From Bugula neritina (taxonomy: Eukaryota > Animalia > Bryozoa): DNA of 64,000 nt. The position numbers and the translations under genes are program-made. This document shows positions 21,347 through 35,272 of this stretch, one piece after another. Below the pieces are notes generated by a model, which worked only from the letters and a program-made list of their open reading frames with translations, was not told the origin of the DNA and made no database searches. The stretch is taken from assembly GCA_964035545.1 (NCBI GenBank), contig OZ037772.1:10166818-10230817 (forward strand), given 5' to 3'. Each line of letters starts with the position of its first letter. Position 1 is the stretch's first letter.

Positions 21347-22260
21347 ATAAAACGGTTACAGAGTATTTAAAGTAAAACTAGATACAATTTTGGATTTCTC
21401 TTTATTAGACAAAGAATCAATTGCTAATTATAAAAGGCAATTTTATTTTTATCAAAGGAACTGCTTATTGTAAAGGAATAATGTGCTATTTCTTGTTATA
21501 CTGATAATAATTCCATACAATAATTGAAAACAGCTTCACAGCATGTCACATCTCAATCTCCAACACAGCAATCTGTTCGTATTAATAAGGAAATCTGATG
21601 CATTGGTAATTTCTAAAACAGCAAACATAGAGACAATTAATTTGGCTGGATAATTGCAAAGAACAAAAGTTTATAGTCAGGATAAAAAATATTAGGAAAT
21701 TTAAAGAAAATTTTGCAAATTTAAAGTACATAATATACATGTAGCCACCACCAGTGAAAACTTTTATAGCCTATAAAGTTTACAGATTAATTATAGAAAC
21801 ATATCGTGTATAATTGATATAACACACAATAACCTGGATTTTCCGGTATATAATACACCAGTAAAAGAACTTGAGTGATAATAATGAATTAAAAATACTG
21901 CTTGTACAATTTTTGACGGATCACGTGGTTATAGCCTGTTTAGTAGTCCACTGTAAAGTAGGAAGTTAAACATGCAGGCGTCTATAGTGAAGTGAACTGA
22001 CTTAGTTGACTCATTAAAGCAGAGATGTACTGGGAAGGTAACTCCTTATGTATGACTCAACATGTTGTGTTCTACAAAGCATAGCAGGGATGTCTAGTAT
22101 ATACAATATCTGCCATGTTATAATAATACAATATTATGAGACATTAGTATATACACTGTATTGTAAACAGTTGCTTTATAATTTAACTATTGATTGATAA
22201 CTAATCAGGGGAGATAACTGGTAACAATGTGCACACTACTATATAGTTAACTGACAAGAT

Positions 22261-22526
22261 TGTAGTGGGCAGTGAAGCGTAGGACCATGTGCTCACTAGC
22301 CAATTAGTAATCGGACACGTGACTTTTCCCCTATTGTAACTAGGTTCCAGATTGTAACATTAGTGTGCTCAGTCAGAGCGTGATGCTGATATGAAAAGAG
22401 TATTTTATGTTTATGTAGTAAATAAATCTACTATCTCGATTCTCCATCTGGTATCTAACCATGCAACGTGGATAACTATAACATATACAAATTCTCACAC
22501 CTAATTTAATTGCAAAAATTATAACA
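22261..22526 (+). mobile_element. Solo LTR, second family
   Basis: TG...CA insertion absent from copies 1 and 3; internal AATAAA; near-TSD agat/atat; ends resemble 61004-61355. Confidence 0.7.
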
Positions 22527-22732
22527 ATATTATTATTATAATAATATAAAAAAATTCATAATATTTCTATGCAATAAAATGCAATACAACACAAAATATT
22601 ATATAACAAAATGCAATGTAAAACTACTCAATACAAAGCAGCATTAAAAATACGAATTAGAAAGGCACTCAGTACCTCTCACAACAACATTTACTGACCT
22701 TTATTAGAGTATCCCAGTCTATCAGCTCACCT

Positions 22733-25700
22733 TCACTTGAGCTGATAGAACAGAACTCGGTCATTAGGAAAACGTACTTGAATTACTAGAGTAGAGCCAG
22801 TGAGGTGTAGATCAAAAATGTCACTGTACTTAAGAGGTAGCCTGGTTAGTAACTTGCCTGTTGAGATAAAGGACATAATTAATGTTCCTCTATAGGAATC
22901 AAAGATAATATAAAGAGAGTGCATTTTGTTTGTAGGAAATATATAAATTATATGAATGAACTAATTTTCTCAAATAACAATGCAGGTATATTGTAGACTA
23001 TGTGTATTCTACACAGTAACTAACCTGTATGTAATGATAGTACACGGAGTGAGGAAGGTTTAGTATCATCAGCCAGAAGTACAAACTCATCTCTATAGCA
23101 GGTTACTCCACGAGGTGTAGCCACTTCCTCACACTGCCAGATGATGTCACCTGATGAGGTGTCTACTTTGTATACTAGAGATGAGTTAGGTTGAGATATA
23201 ACAATTGAGTTATTATCTGCAGCAGACAGACATACAGGAGTATCAGTAAGTAGAGGACAAGGTAGAGTGTTTACTACCTCCCCAGTCAGAGAGTAGAATA
23301 CTAGAGTCTTATTCAGCCTGTCAGGAATAGCTATCTGATTGTTTATGATGGCAAGCTGATTTATCCACTGGAGTTTATTATCTGTATGAGTCCAGCTGGT
23401 GATGGACTTTCCTTCAAGGTCATGAACTCTCACAGTTGAATCAGAAGACAGAGTATATATCCTATCATTATGTACTGAGATACTCATCACACCTCCATAC
23501 TTATGAATAGAGATGAATGATTTGGTTACTTTGTTGTTTTCATCTATCCTGTGTACACCTCCATCACACCCAGCATATGTGACACCTTTATAGGTGTGAA
23601 AAGAGTAGCAGTATGGAGAAACTTCAACAGCTTTTATCAGTTCTACAGCCTTGGGTAGTGGAGGTGAGAGAACTAGTCCTTGTTCAGGAGTTATACTTGC
23701 TGTTCTTTCATTGGTTAACTCAATCTCGGTATCTCTTTTCTCTTCTGTAATAAAATATTGACATGCATGACATGGTAATATAATATAAAACAGCTGATAC
23801 ATCAGAAAAACTAGCAGATATGTAAACATACATGTATATATTTACACATCACTACACAAACAGCAGTGCTATAGCAACACTGCAATGATCATGCATTTTC
23901 CATTTGAAAATAAATATTATAATTTTGACAGTTTAGACCAGATTATTTTTATGGGAATCAACTATTGAAAAAAATTTACTGCGGAAAAAAATCAGCAGCT
24001 GCATGCATTCATGTCAACAAAATATTAAAGTCAATTCTAATGATATTCTATTTAGTGATATACTACTATATATTAAATTAGGTTATGTTCACCAAAAACT
24101 TGTATTAGTATTCTCCAAGAGTAAGCACAACTATTGCACAAGTGTGTAAATCTATAGAATAGTTGAGAGAAGCTTACAGATGGGGGAGATGTAGGCCACT
24201 CCCTCCTCAGTGTAAATTAAACACTAAAGATTTCCAATAACATCATTTATCTTAAAACATAGTTTAATAGTAGTTTTAGAAAATGTTAGTTCCTTCATCA
24301 TGTTAAGTTAAAATATTAGATATAATATATTGTTATAACACAGGTCAATAGAGAGAAATGCCAGATGAGGAAAATGTAACAGTTAGCAACATATAGCTTA
24401 CACACATAATACACCTTCAATCTAAAAGTCAAAATATTCTTCCGTGATGATTTTACTTATAAATACGGCAAGATACAAAGTGTCATAAAAATGAAAAACT
24501 CTTATAGTTCTATTCAATATCTTTTAAATAATTTTGCATGGATAACATATAAAACCAACCTTTCACTTCCGCAGATGTTACAATACCAAATCGTGTCAAC
24601 TTAGGAATCTCTTCTGTCAACAGTCTATCAATCTCCTTCATATCACGATATGACTTGATAATGTCAACCTAACAATATTACATATACACACAATGTGACA
24701 CTGTGTAGCAGGTGTTATAGAGTTGTCTGCTATTATAGAGAATGCCAGTGTTGAGAATGAACAATGAAATCAACAACAATTCTATATTTGACACACACAA
24801 ATTCATCTAAAAAGCAGCATTGCAATGCAAAAGACTGATGGATCGAGATTGCTATGCCGTATTAGGGAAACAGACTACTGCCAACTATAAAGGGGTAAGG
24901 TTTATTCTAATAAACTGTACCTTAAGGGAGCACAGATTTCAAAGCTGACGCTAATGTGCAGTGGGCTATGCTATTAAATACAGTATCCTAATATAGCATT
25001 ATACAGCATCTTCTAGTATTATACAGTATTGTATAGTATTATACTGCAGTATCCTACTATACCATACAAAGTGCTATAGTATTATACAGTATCATATAGT
25101 GTTATGTAGTGTCCTATGGTACTATACAGTATGCTATGATATTAAAAGTACTATGGTATTATTGTATTATACAGTATCCTACGGTATTATAATACAGTGT
25201 CATATAGTGTTAGTACACTGGGTACCTTGCAGACCGACAGCAAATAAAATGGAATACTCTGGTGACTGGAGGCCACTCAGTAAAACTTAACTTGGGCTGA
25301 GCCACAATGACAGCATTTTTCAAATTAATTCATTCCAAATTCTTATAAATCATTACACAATGAAGTCCCATTAACTACTACAGGCTGCATGTTTTAGCAT
25401 GCATACAAAGATACATGTATTTAAAAAGTATTTTTTCCACTCTAATTTATATATCTGATAGAGCAACATAATTTTATGTTTATGCCTTTGAGGGTGGCAT
25501 AAATGTTGGACAGTCCTGTGTTATACAGCATGATATGTTATAGTACAGTTCCATTACTGCCTCTATTGGTTATTACCTGATCCATTTTCTACTTATGTAC
25601 TCTTTAGATGTTATTTACAGATAGAGAAACAATGAATATAGACTTTATATAAAGACATTGAAATATATAAAACTGTTACAGATCCTAACATCTACTATAT

Positions 25701-27544
25701 ATGCTCTGCAACTAACCTCATGACTTTGGTCTAACTTAGCCTCTATTCCTGTTTTGTGATTATACAGCTCACAGTATCTAGCCCCAACTTTCTCTACCAT
25801 GAAATTCACGGCTTGCCTCTCAGTCTTTTCTCTCTTCTCCACCAGTTCTTTTTCCAGTTTGTCATACTTCTGTTGAATAGCTGCTATCTAAATACAGTCA
25901 CATTAAATGTTAGACAAGCTAGAATAGTTTGAGGAGTGACTGAGTGTATAACCACCTTGCATCTACCAAAAAGTAGCTTATCTCAGATGATTATAAAAAA
26001 GCTATAAACAAACTCTCACAGTTTCTATATGATCTTTATAACTATCAAATTTAAAAACCATGTAATAATCACCTGATCATCACGCTGTTTACATAGCATC
26101 CCCAGTAACTTTTTGGTTTCAGCTCTAAACTCATCAATGTTTGCAGCTATCTGTTTGTAATAACCAGATAAGTTGTCTTCTCTTGTCTTCAACTTTGTGA
26201 CTTCCACTAGCTGCATTGTTAAATCTTTCAATGTCAAAAGTTTATGCTGGGATGTACTTAAAGTAATATATACAAAGTAATGTATAAGCTGTTGTGTACC
26301 TGAATCATGTAATATATATAGCAAGTAAACAGAAGAATAGACACTTACCATCATCACATACACCAGCTGTAGGCACACACTGAGTACAGAATAGTTTGAG
26401 ACAGACTTTACAACCCAAAGTATACTCTACGTCTGCATGTGTCTCACACATTCTCTTCTCTAACTTAGCAGCGCGAGCTATATACTCTGTCATATTTATT
26501 CTAGAATGTTCCTCAGCCAGATTGTCATGGTCCTAAGACAAATATATACAAAAGAGTTTGTGGCTTACTAACGATATTACATCTAAGATTGCATATAATA
26601 TACATTATAATGGTCCTAATGTCATGATCATATAATGCCTAAAGTATATATGCAATAGTATACAATTTAATAATATTCAAAGATATATTGTACAATCTAT
26701 TACAATAAAAGCATGGATGTAAGAAATCAATCTTGAGAGTTATGTCTCCTTGATCATAACTTTTATCTAATGTATAATAAACTACAGCATGCTGATCGAT
26801 AAATGTTAGGAGGTAAAGACTCAAAACCAATTCATGTGAGCAAATGAGTAAAAACAAATGGAAACAAAAAAATGTTTTCAATTGATGAACCAAATCAAAT
26901 ATTGCAAACAATTTGTTGCAAAACCATTAAATTATTTCTCCGCAAAGTATCACCAAAATCTCAAGCTTTTAGTTTCAGAATATCACATGTAAGGATATAT
27001 ACACAGATGACACTAAAAATAGTGTTAACTTACAATGACATGTTTAGCACAGTACAGTTTGGAACAAACTAAACAATACATCAGAGCAGGTGTGTTATTA
27101 ACTCCTGACTTTGTACAGACTTCACAGAGTATAGACTTATCTATCTGTTTCATCTGGTCTGCTGTTGGCAACTTATCAGGTGTTGTATTGAACACTTGTC
27201 TGTAATATAAATGATAAATTTATTGTTGATAGATCATCAATTAGCCACATAGCATACAGTATTTAATATCCTACGTTCATAGCATAATTGGCTCTGTTCC
27301 ACCTTGTGATATTCTATTAACTTTAATATATACTATACAGTAGACGTAGCGAAAACCAAATCACAAATACTTTAACATAAACCTACCGACATATTCCACA
27401 TTTAAGAGCATTCAGCCTTCCATAGAATTCATTCAAACACTTGTCACAGTGTGGGTGAGTACAGGGTAATGCCTTACATTCCTCTAACTTGAGTTTAGAT
27501 AAACAAATAGTACATCTCACCATTTGTTGAGGTTTAGATGCCAT
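22733..27544 (-). CDS. TRIM-like RBCC-NHL gene, copy 2; exon 4 acceptor mutated, possibly non-functional
   Basis: Exons 27544-27387, 27199-27034, 26532-26349, 26257-26073, 25887-25717, 24668-24560, 23744-23025 and 22857-22733. Exon reading frames are open, but the exon 4 acceptor is ttaaG rather than ttagG (position 26258). Confidence 0.8.
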
Positions 27545-28700
27545 TTTGTTCTACAATTACATCATATTAGGACGACATAATCATATTGATTACATTGATT
27601 TCACATCAGTTACCAATACTCATACAAGTGGATAACAAGAGAATTAAAAGAAGATTTGGACATTGCCCAAGTTCCAAGAACAGCAAACAATTCTATCATC
27701 AACTATCTGATATTATTATTGAATTACTTACATCTACATCTAGCAAGGGCTGACACCGGATTTGGTAGTAACTTTGCGTTTGAGGCTGTCGTCATTTCGA
27801 CTGTGGTGTTAACCAACTTACAGTTAGTGAGTCATTAACATCCAACCTATTATTATTACAGTTAATAATTAAATCATAATGAAAATGACAATACTTTTAA
27901 CATTCATTTTGATATTAGTTAAGTGAGACTGAAACCCAGCATCGCAATCTGCCAGTCACAATCACAATGACAATCACAGTGGCAAACAATAAATTCAATC
28001 ATGTGTTTTTAAAACTAAGTCTAATGTCAATGTGATGGATGATTACAGTTAATGTTATACTTTTACTGTTTTAGTTTTAACCATAATCCTAATACTAATA
28101 GTAATAGTGTTGTAATCTTCAGATTTAGGGTTGATATGCTATCCAGAGAGTCTATTTATCTAGTATAGAACTGCACCAGGCTAAGTCGAGTGAACGAGTA
28201 TATTTTATACACAATGATACATTACAAAAACACGATACATTATTTCTAACAAGTTACACATCTAATCTATTTCACACTCTAGCTTCGACTGAGTTAGCAG
28301 CGGGAAACTACAATTGCTGCTAACTATCAACTACGCTAATTGGCTATCCATTGTTCCGGGTCAATTACGCGACCCTACATGTTGTGCTGCTGGTAGTTCC
28401 ACGAACCACCACACCGCCCCCACCAGCAGAAAGCCATCTTTCTGATATATATATAAAAAAAACATTCAATAGTAATTGCATACATCAGTGAACAAAATAA
28501 TACATAATATACAGGAAGAGACATAATAATAGACAGAGTCATTATAACGATCCGTTGCATACAATTGGCCAGCTGTAGATAGACGAGGAATACTAGCTAG
28601 CTGTGGTATTAGACAAGGAATAACCTGTCTAGCAGTTAAGCATTTGCACGATTTTGGTTCCTCACCAAATGTGGAGTTGTGGAGTATTCTGGGTAGCATA

Positions 28701-29522
28701 CTAGAGTCCTTGTTGGGCACGCCGGTGCTTGGCTTGGCATGTACGCAGTTTCCGTTTCATACGGCATACGGATCCCTTCAGCTGGAAGAGTCCTGTGGTA
28801 GTGTTAAGTAGATCTGGCGCCAGCTGGGTGAACTCTTCTTGTAATCGTAGGAGGCGTTCTTCTACTGTAGCTAGTCGTACTGGGTCTGGGGACGGTGTCC
28901 GTCTGCGGCGTAAGGGTGGACTGGGGGACCTGGTCCGTCTCTTCGCCGGGGTAGGGGAGATCTCTCCTTCTTCTGGATATGTAGTTTCCTCGGGGGTGTA
29001 TGTAATTGGAGGGCGGTCAGACACCAGCGGGGATTGTTGGCGGGCGTTGTCTAACACACGTTGGAACCCCGAGGATAGAACGGCTAATAGCATGGCCTTC
29101 TTTACCAGAGGTCGTATATATGTGAGGAACTCCGGGTACAGCTTAGCGTCGACCACATAGTTTTCTCCAGGGAAACAGCCCGCCGCTCTGTGTCTGGTGA
29201 CGGGGTAGGGATACACATCATTGTACCCGCAGGGGCAGAAGGTCAGTAGGAGATGAGCATTGACGTGTAGTTTAAGGGAGCGGTGAGAGGCGCAATCTTC
29301 ACCACAGATCTGGCATCTCGTCCGTCCTCTGGACCCCCAGGCTGTTTCTATTTCTTCTTCGGTTTGTGGAGACACCCACCGCCAACGGCGGCGTAGTGGC
29401 TCAGGCCGGTCACCACTAGCATAGTCCTCCGGATACGGAGCGGGAAGTGTCCTATCTCGTACCCTGGTTGTAGCGGGTCGAGTGTAATCTGAAAAAGTTT
29501 CAACAGTGTTAGTACAGTACAC
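28701..29522 (-). CDS. Gypsy accessory ORF3 (C2H2-type zinc finger, R/S/P-rich patch, coiled coil); not env-like
   Basis: 273-codon sense-strand ORF between pol and the 3' LTR: CQICGEDCASHRSLKLHVNAH, CPCG...VTRH, KRRTRSPSPPLRRRRTPSP. No ATG start; preceded by CTGAC...CAGCAG acceptor-like sequence. Confidence 0.65.
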   Translation of the reverse strand: MYCTNTVETFSDYTRPATTRVRDRTLPAPYPEDYASGDRPEPLRRRWRWVSPQTEEEIETAWGSRGRTRCQICGEDCASHRSLKLHVNAHLLLTFCPCGYNDVYPYPVTRHRAAGCFPGENYVVDAKLYPEFLTYIRPLVKKAMLLAVLSSGFQRVLDNARQQSPLVSDRPPITYTPEETTYPEEGEISPTPAKRRTRSPSPPLRRRRTPSPDPVRLATVEERLLRLQEEFTQLAPDLLNTTTGLFQLKGSVCRMKRKLRTCQAKHRRAQQGL

Positions 29523-29801
29523 TGCTGTGTTGTCAGCTTGAACAGCTTGGCAACTCCTAATTCAGTTACCTCGTAGAGATTAATGATAGTGAATAGTCAG
29601 ATAGAACCGTATTGCAATGAGACTATAAAAATCTCTAAGTCAAACTGAGTTCTTACTACGGTATTTCACTAACCTATCTCCAGCTCGATTGACTCAGTGA
29701 GTCAGAGCTGAGCGATGCAATCTAGTTTCGTATTAAGATATAGTTAACTCACCCCACGATCTGTTGTCGTAAGACATACTGAATGTGTGAAATGGTTTGA
29801 A

Positions 29802-32800
29802 CTACTGCTTAGAAACACGTCTACTCTTGACTGCATCAGCGTATGAAAAGATCGAGCAACGTGGTTGGGGTGCGTGATTAAGACTTTGTGCACCCGGCGG
29901 ATGAATTTTGTTTCTACTTCCGCCGATACAAAAGTTGATATTTCCGTGGTGTTGACAACTCCCACATTTGCTCGATTCTTTTCTCGTACGGTTTTCCCCT
30001 AGACTTTCATGTGTGCCGCTTTTAACGCAGTCACATACGAAGTCCTTCAAGTATGCGGGGGGTTGCCTCGTACGCTGTCCCCTTTCTAGGGGGGGTGACA
30101 CGCTTGCCGGTTCGTTAGTAGGGGCCTCTAATGGCGTCTCTACTTCGCCGTCAGCAGTCACCTCTTCTTGTTCTCCGGATGGAGCCCCTCCCTCCGTGGG
30201 GGTTTGCACTTCCGGAACCGGCTCGGTTTCTGGAAGTGATGGAATTAGACTTGGCGGTGGCGGACACGCTTCTGTTGGTAGAAGCTGCCGCTCCTCTCTC
30301 ACCAAGTTTTCTTCCCGCGGTATGACCACCTCGTATTCAGGTCCATGCCGCCGTCGCCCGCGCGTTGTTGTCTGCCTTCTGGGCTCTAACAACGGGGGGG
30401 GCTTCTCCCACTCCGCCGGGGCTAGCCCAATACGGTTTCAAGCGAGGCTCATTCTGGATAGACACCTGTCCTGAGCGCTCAATCTTGTACGTATGATTGG
30501 GCATAGCCTCGACGACCACGTAGGGGCCTACGAACTTAGGCTTCAGCTTATCAGCCTGTCCGCGGCGCCTACGGTAATTGACCATCCACACCTTATCTCC
30601 TCTTTGATAGAGGGGTGGTTCATCGGAATCTTCGTGCCGCACCTTCCACTGCTGTTGACGCAGTATCTCGTGTGCGGCCTTCATCCGTTCCACTAGTTCA
30701 CTGGCATACTCATGGACTGAGTTATCCTGCTCTGGAACGTGATAGGTGAGATGGTCAGGGACACGAGTCTCTCTCCCGAGCATCAAGAGGTTTGGGGGTC
30801 TCACCAGTACTGGTGTGTGGGGTGCTACGGTATGCACGCATGACTTGCGGCAACACCGTATCCCATTCCTCTTGACCTCGTCCAAGGAGGAGACTCCGGA
30901 GTGCATCACCTAGCATCCGGTTGTTGCGCTCCACCACCCCGTTACCTTGAGGGTGGTAGGGGGTGGTCCTGCTCTGATTTACTCCCCAGAGGTGGCAAAG
31001 GTCGCTCATCAGTTGAGACTGGAATTGAGCGCCTTGATCAGAGTGTATCTGTTCGGGAAGCCCAAAATAACAGAATACATGTTGGTCTAGTGCCCTGGCC
31101 ACTGTTGGGGCTGATGCATCTGGGATAGCCAGAGCATCCGCCCACCTAGTAAAGTGGTCGGTTAGTACTAGGATCCAATTATTGCCTCTGGGGGTCAGGG
31201 GCATGGGTCCGACCAGGTCTACAGCGACTACTTGCCAGGGCCTGCCAGCATATAGCCTCCGCCGTCCTGCTTCACCAGGGGGGCGGCTATGCTTACTGGC
31301 CTGGCAGATCTCACACTGTTTGACTCTGAGCCGGACGTCACGCTCCATCTGCGGCCAATACCACCGGAGTCGTAATTTGGACATCACTCGCTTGACCCCT
31401 GCGTGGGCCTGCTTGTGAGTATCCCAAATCAACTCACGGCGGATGGCTGTGGGGCAGACTACCCTCTTCCTTTCCGGGTGTCTGCCGCTGGCAGCTAGAG
31501 AGATGGTTAGCAACCCATCCTGCCCGATCCGCAGCGAGTCCCAACGCTGACAGTATAGCCGGAACTCGGCGCATCCCTGTCTTATGCGTTCCTCGCTGGG
31601 TCGTCGCCCTTCCCGTTTGGCCCGGTATATGTCTGCTACGACTCCCGGCAGCTCTTCTTGGAGCTTCTTCAGCTCTCGAACATTACCGGCCAGTACAGGG
31701 TTGGCGCGGAGGTTTTGCACATCCTCCGGGGGCTCGTCAACTCTTTGCCTGAGTTGACCTTGATCCCAGTCAAACGGTGCTCCGTGATGAGCCAGCGTCT
31801 CCAACTCGCATCGTGGGGGACCTCCGTCCCTCCTCTCGATGTTGAGACACTGTTTGCAACCTCCGTCAGGTCGGCGACTCAGCCCATCCGCATTGCTGTG
31901 TCTCTTGCCCGGTCGATGTTCGATCCGGTATGAGAATTCAGCTAGGATTTCGAGCCACCGGGCGACCTGACTAGAGGGCTCTGCTCTCCTGCACAACCAG
32001 ATCAGCGAGGCATGATCCGTACGCAGCCGGAACTTCCTGCCATATAGGTATGGTCTGAAGTGCTTCACTGACTTGATTACTGCCAGCAGTTCCTTGCGGG
32101 TAGTGCAGTAATTTCGTTCAGCGGGAGAGAGAGACTTGCTGTAGTAGGCTACTACTACTTCTCGGCCTTCCTGCACTTGTGACAGCACAGCGCCAACATT
32201 CTGGTCACTGGCGTCCGTGTCTAGGATGTACTCCAGAGTGGGGTCTGGGTAGGCCAAGATGGGCGCCGTTAGGAGGCAGCCCTTGAGGCGGTCGAACGCT
32301 TCTTGTTCGATTGGGGTCCACTGCCACGTCACTCCCTTTGCGGTAAGCCGGTTTAACGGCTGGGCTATGCCCGCAAAGTCTGGTATGTATTGCCTGTAAT
32401 ACCCTACCAGCCCCAAGAAAGCCCGGAGTCCGGTCAAGTCTTGGGGGGTGACCCAGTCTTCTACTGCCTGTACCTTTTCGGGATCCGTTGCCACGCCGTT
32501 TCGACCGACAACGTGCCCCAGGTACTTGACCTCCGGCTGCAACAGAGCGCACTTGGAAGGTTTGAGCTTAAGACCGGCACCTCGGAGTCTCTCGAAAACC
32601 TCCTGCAGACGACTGACATGTGTCTCGAAGTCTGGGGAGATTACGATGACATCATCGAGGTAGACCAGCAGTGTCTTCCAATGGAGTCCGCTAAGGACTT
32701 GTTCCATCAGCCTCTGGAAGGTGGCTGGGGCGGAGGTTAACCCGAAGGGCAGCACCTTCCACTTCCACAAACCGTCCCGTGTGATAAACGCCGCTTTCTC

Positions 32801-34432
32801 TTGGGCGTCGGGACTCAGAGGAACCTGCCAATAGCCGCTTAGCAAGTCTAGTGTACTGAAGTACTTGCTGCCGGCTAGGGCGTCCAATGACTCGTCAATA
32901 CGAGGTAGAGGGTAGGCGTCCTGTATGGTTACGCTATTGAGTTTGCGGTAGTCCACACAGAACCACCAACTGCCGTCTTTCTTCCGGACCAGTACGACTG
33001 GCGAGCTCCACGCGCTATGGGCGGGCTCTATCAGTCCCCGGTCCAGAAGATCCCGTACTTGTCGGCTAACCTCCTTCTCTTTCTCCGGCCCCAGCCTGCG
33101 TGTGGGCTGCCGGACAGGGACTGTCCCTGCAGTCAGCGGTATTTCGTGTTTGACAATTCCAGTCAGTCCCACGTCATGCTCTCCGCTGCTGAACACATCA
33201 CCGTAGTCGCGTAGTAACTTGGCCATAGCCTGGCGCTCTCTGTTACTCGCGCAGCCGTTACTGGCCGTCTCGTATAACTCCCGGAGATGTGTTGGGACTG
33301 CCCCTCGTCCCTGAATAGGGTGTCGAGGGAGTGCCTCTGTCGCATCACCCAGCGACGGGCCTACGTCTCCCTCTTGAACAGAGTGAAAACGGCCCAGCAT
33401 CGACCCAGCCGGGAGCTTGATAGGCTCGGTAAAGGGGTTGACGCACTGCACTAAGATCTCCCCTTGCTCAGTCAGCTGATTCAGACTGCTGGCAAGTTGG
33501 ATCTTTTCGTGCGCGCCTTCAACCACCCCGAGTCCAGAGATCCGGCTACTATTCACCCTGCAGTGAATGGTAGCCCGGGAGCGGCCTGGTATGGTACGGT
33601 TGCGTACCACTTGCACACCTCCCACTAAAGGGCAGCCGAACTTGTCGACGCAGGCGAGTTCCCGCCCGGACATCATCATTGCAGATCTGCTAAAATCTAT
33701 GTGACATCCGTGCCGTTTAAGGAACGGCATCCCGAAGATAGCATCCTCCTTGAGCTGACTGACGATGAACGTCTCTTGGATCGTTTGATCGCGGACTCGT
33801 CCCGTCAGCTCAATTATACCATAGAAGGGAAGGCACGACCCGTCAGCTAGGGTGCCGTATTCCCCTTCGTATGCTTCCATCTCGCCCCTGACCCTAGCAC
33901 TGAGGGTGTCGAAGAGTTGGCGGCTTAAGAGGTTTGTGGTACAGCCCGAATCAATGAGAAAAGTAACAGCTTTGCCTTCCAGTTTACCGGGCAAGAAATA
34001 GCTGTTCCCATGGGGCTGCACCTGAACTCTCCCTTCAGGCCTTACTCTCGCAGGGAGTACCTCCCTCGCTTTGGGTCGCGAAGGAGGTCTTTTGGGGCGG
34101 TGATAGGTAGGCCTCGGGGGTGCCGAGGCTAGATTCTCAGCTACCTTTGTGTGCTCCCATCCAGATTCTTGGACTTGTAGCCCTGTGAATCTGTTGTGAA
34201 GGGGCATAGAAAAGGCAGCTGCGGGGCGAAGCCCTTTGCTGGTCCGTCGTGGCTGTTGCCACTGTTGGTTGCCAGTACGCGGTACCCGTCTGGGTGACCT
34301 GCGTTTCTTCTTCCCTAGAGGTTTCGTCGGCCCGCGGAAGGTGGGAACATCTGCGGGCCGCGGTAGTTTAACCCCTGATTTAGGAAGGGACAATATCGGC
34401 GGAAATGTCCTTGATTTCCGCACTCCCAGCAA
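29802..34432 (-). CDS. pol: Gypsy Pol (protease, RT, RNase H, integrase); integrase C-terminus broken by two frameshifts
   Basis: LIDSG protease, YLDD RT, TDAS RNase H, HHCC plus DDE integrase in ORF 30755-34432. GPY/F module in ORF 30337-30909. Tail RTRQPPAYLKDF in ORF 29802-30392. Confidence 0.93.
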
Positions 34433-35272
34433 AAACTGACCGTTTCTCCCTGTGGCGGCGCCGATGGCCGCATGGGCTCAGGGGCGGTACTCACTGGGTT
34501 TTGTGGCGTCAGTGTTGCTATCAGCTTGGCTAGCATGTCCGTCAGTTGAGTGACTTTTGGTGCCGTCGCCAACTGGGACACGGCAGCCGCGGCGGGGGTT
34601 TCCTCCCCTTGTCCCGCGGCCGTGTCTGCGCGGTCTATCTCCACTTGGCGGGAGCTTCCGCGACTTATGCATTTGGTTAGCTAGGAGGTAAGCTTCCCCC
34701 TCAGTCAGAGCATCTTCAACGGTGGTGACTCCCCTAGCTAGAAACTGGTGGTGGAGACCCAGATCGTCGACAGATGCTATGAAAGCGTCGAGGGTGTACC
34801 TCTCGCGGTTGACTGGGGGCAAGTCGCTGTACGCGATCTGTGCCAGCTTCATGACCGCGGCGGCATGCTCCCGCAGCGGGGTGCGGGGATCACGCCGCAA
34901 CCTCTGTAATCGGGCCCTGGCATCTGTAGCCGAGAGGCCAAAGCGGGCCCGCAGAGAAGCAAAGATATTATCAATGTCTACGCCCAGCCCATAGGGCTTG
35001 GCTTTGTCCATCAATGCCATTCTAAGCTTCAGCAGGGCCACCCTAGGGGGCCACTGAGCGACGTCCATTACGTCGCTAAACTCTTGAATAAATTGTTCCA
35101 CCTCCTCTTCACCCGTGAAGGTGGGCGCCTTTAACCTGTAGCGGTCTTCAGCTAGTTCTCGCGGAACCCTTCGCTCTTCTACTACATGGTTAACAGGCAT
35201 TGTCTCTACAGCATTGTCTCTACGCTCACCTTCGATTGCCGGTGGTTGAGTTTCAGCATTTTCAGTCTCCAT
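34315..35272 (-). CDS. gag: Gypsy Gag, split by a frameshift near 34650, with C-terminal CCHC zinc knuckle
   Basis: ORF 34478-35272 (APTFTGEEEVEQF capsid-like) continues in ORF 34315-34644, which contains CWECGNQGHFRRYC. Confidence 0.85.

Noticed and set aside
28729-34994. Plus-strand ORFs within the Gypsy element
   Set aside because: Antisense shadows of GC-rich gag/pol/ORF3 coding sequence.
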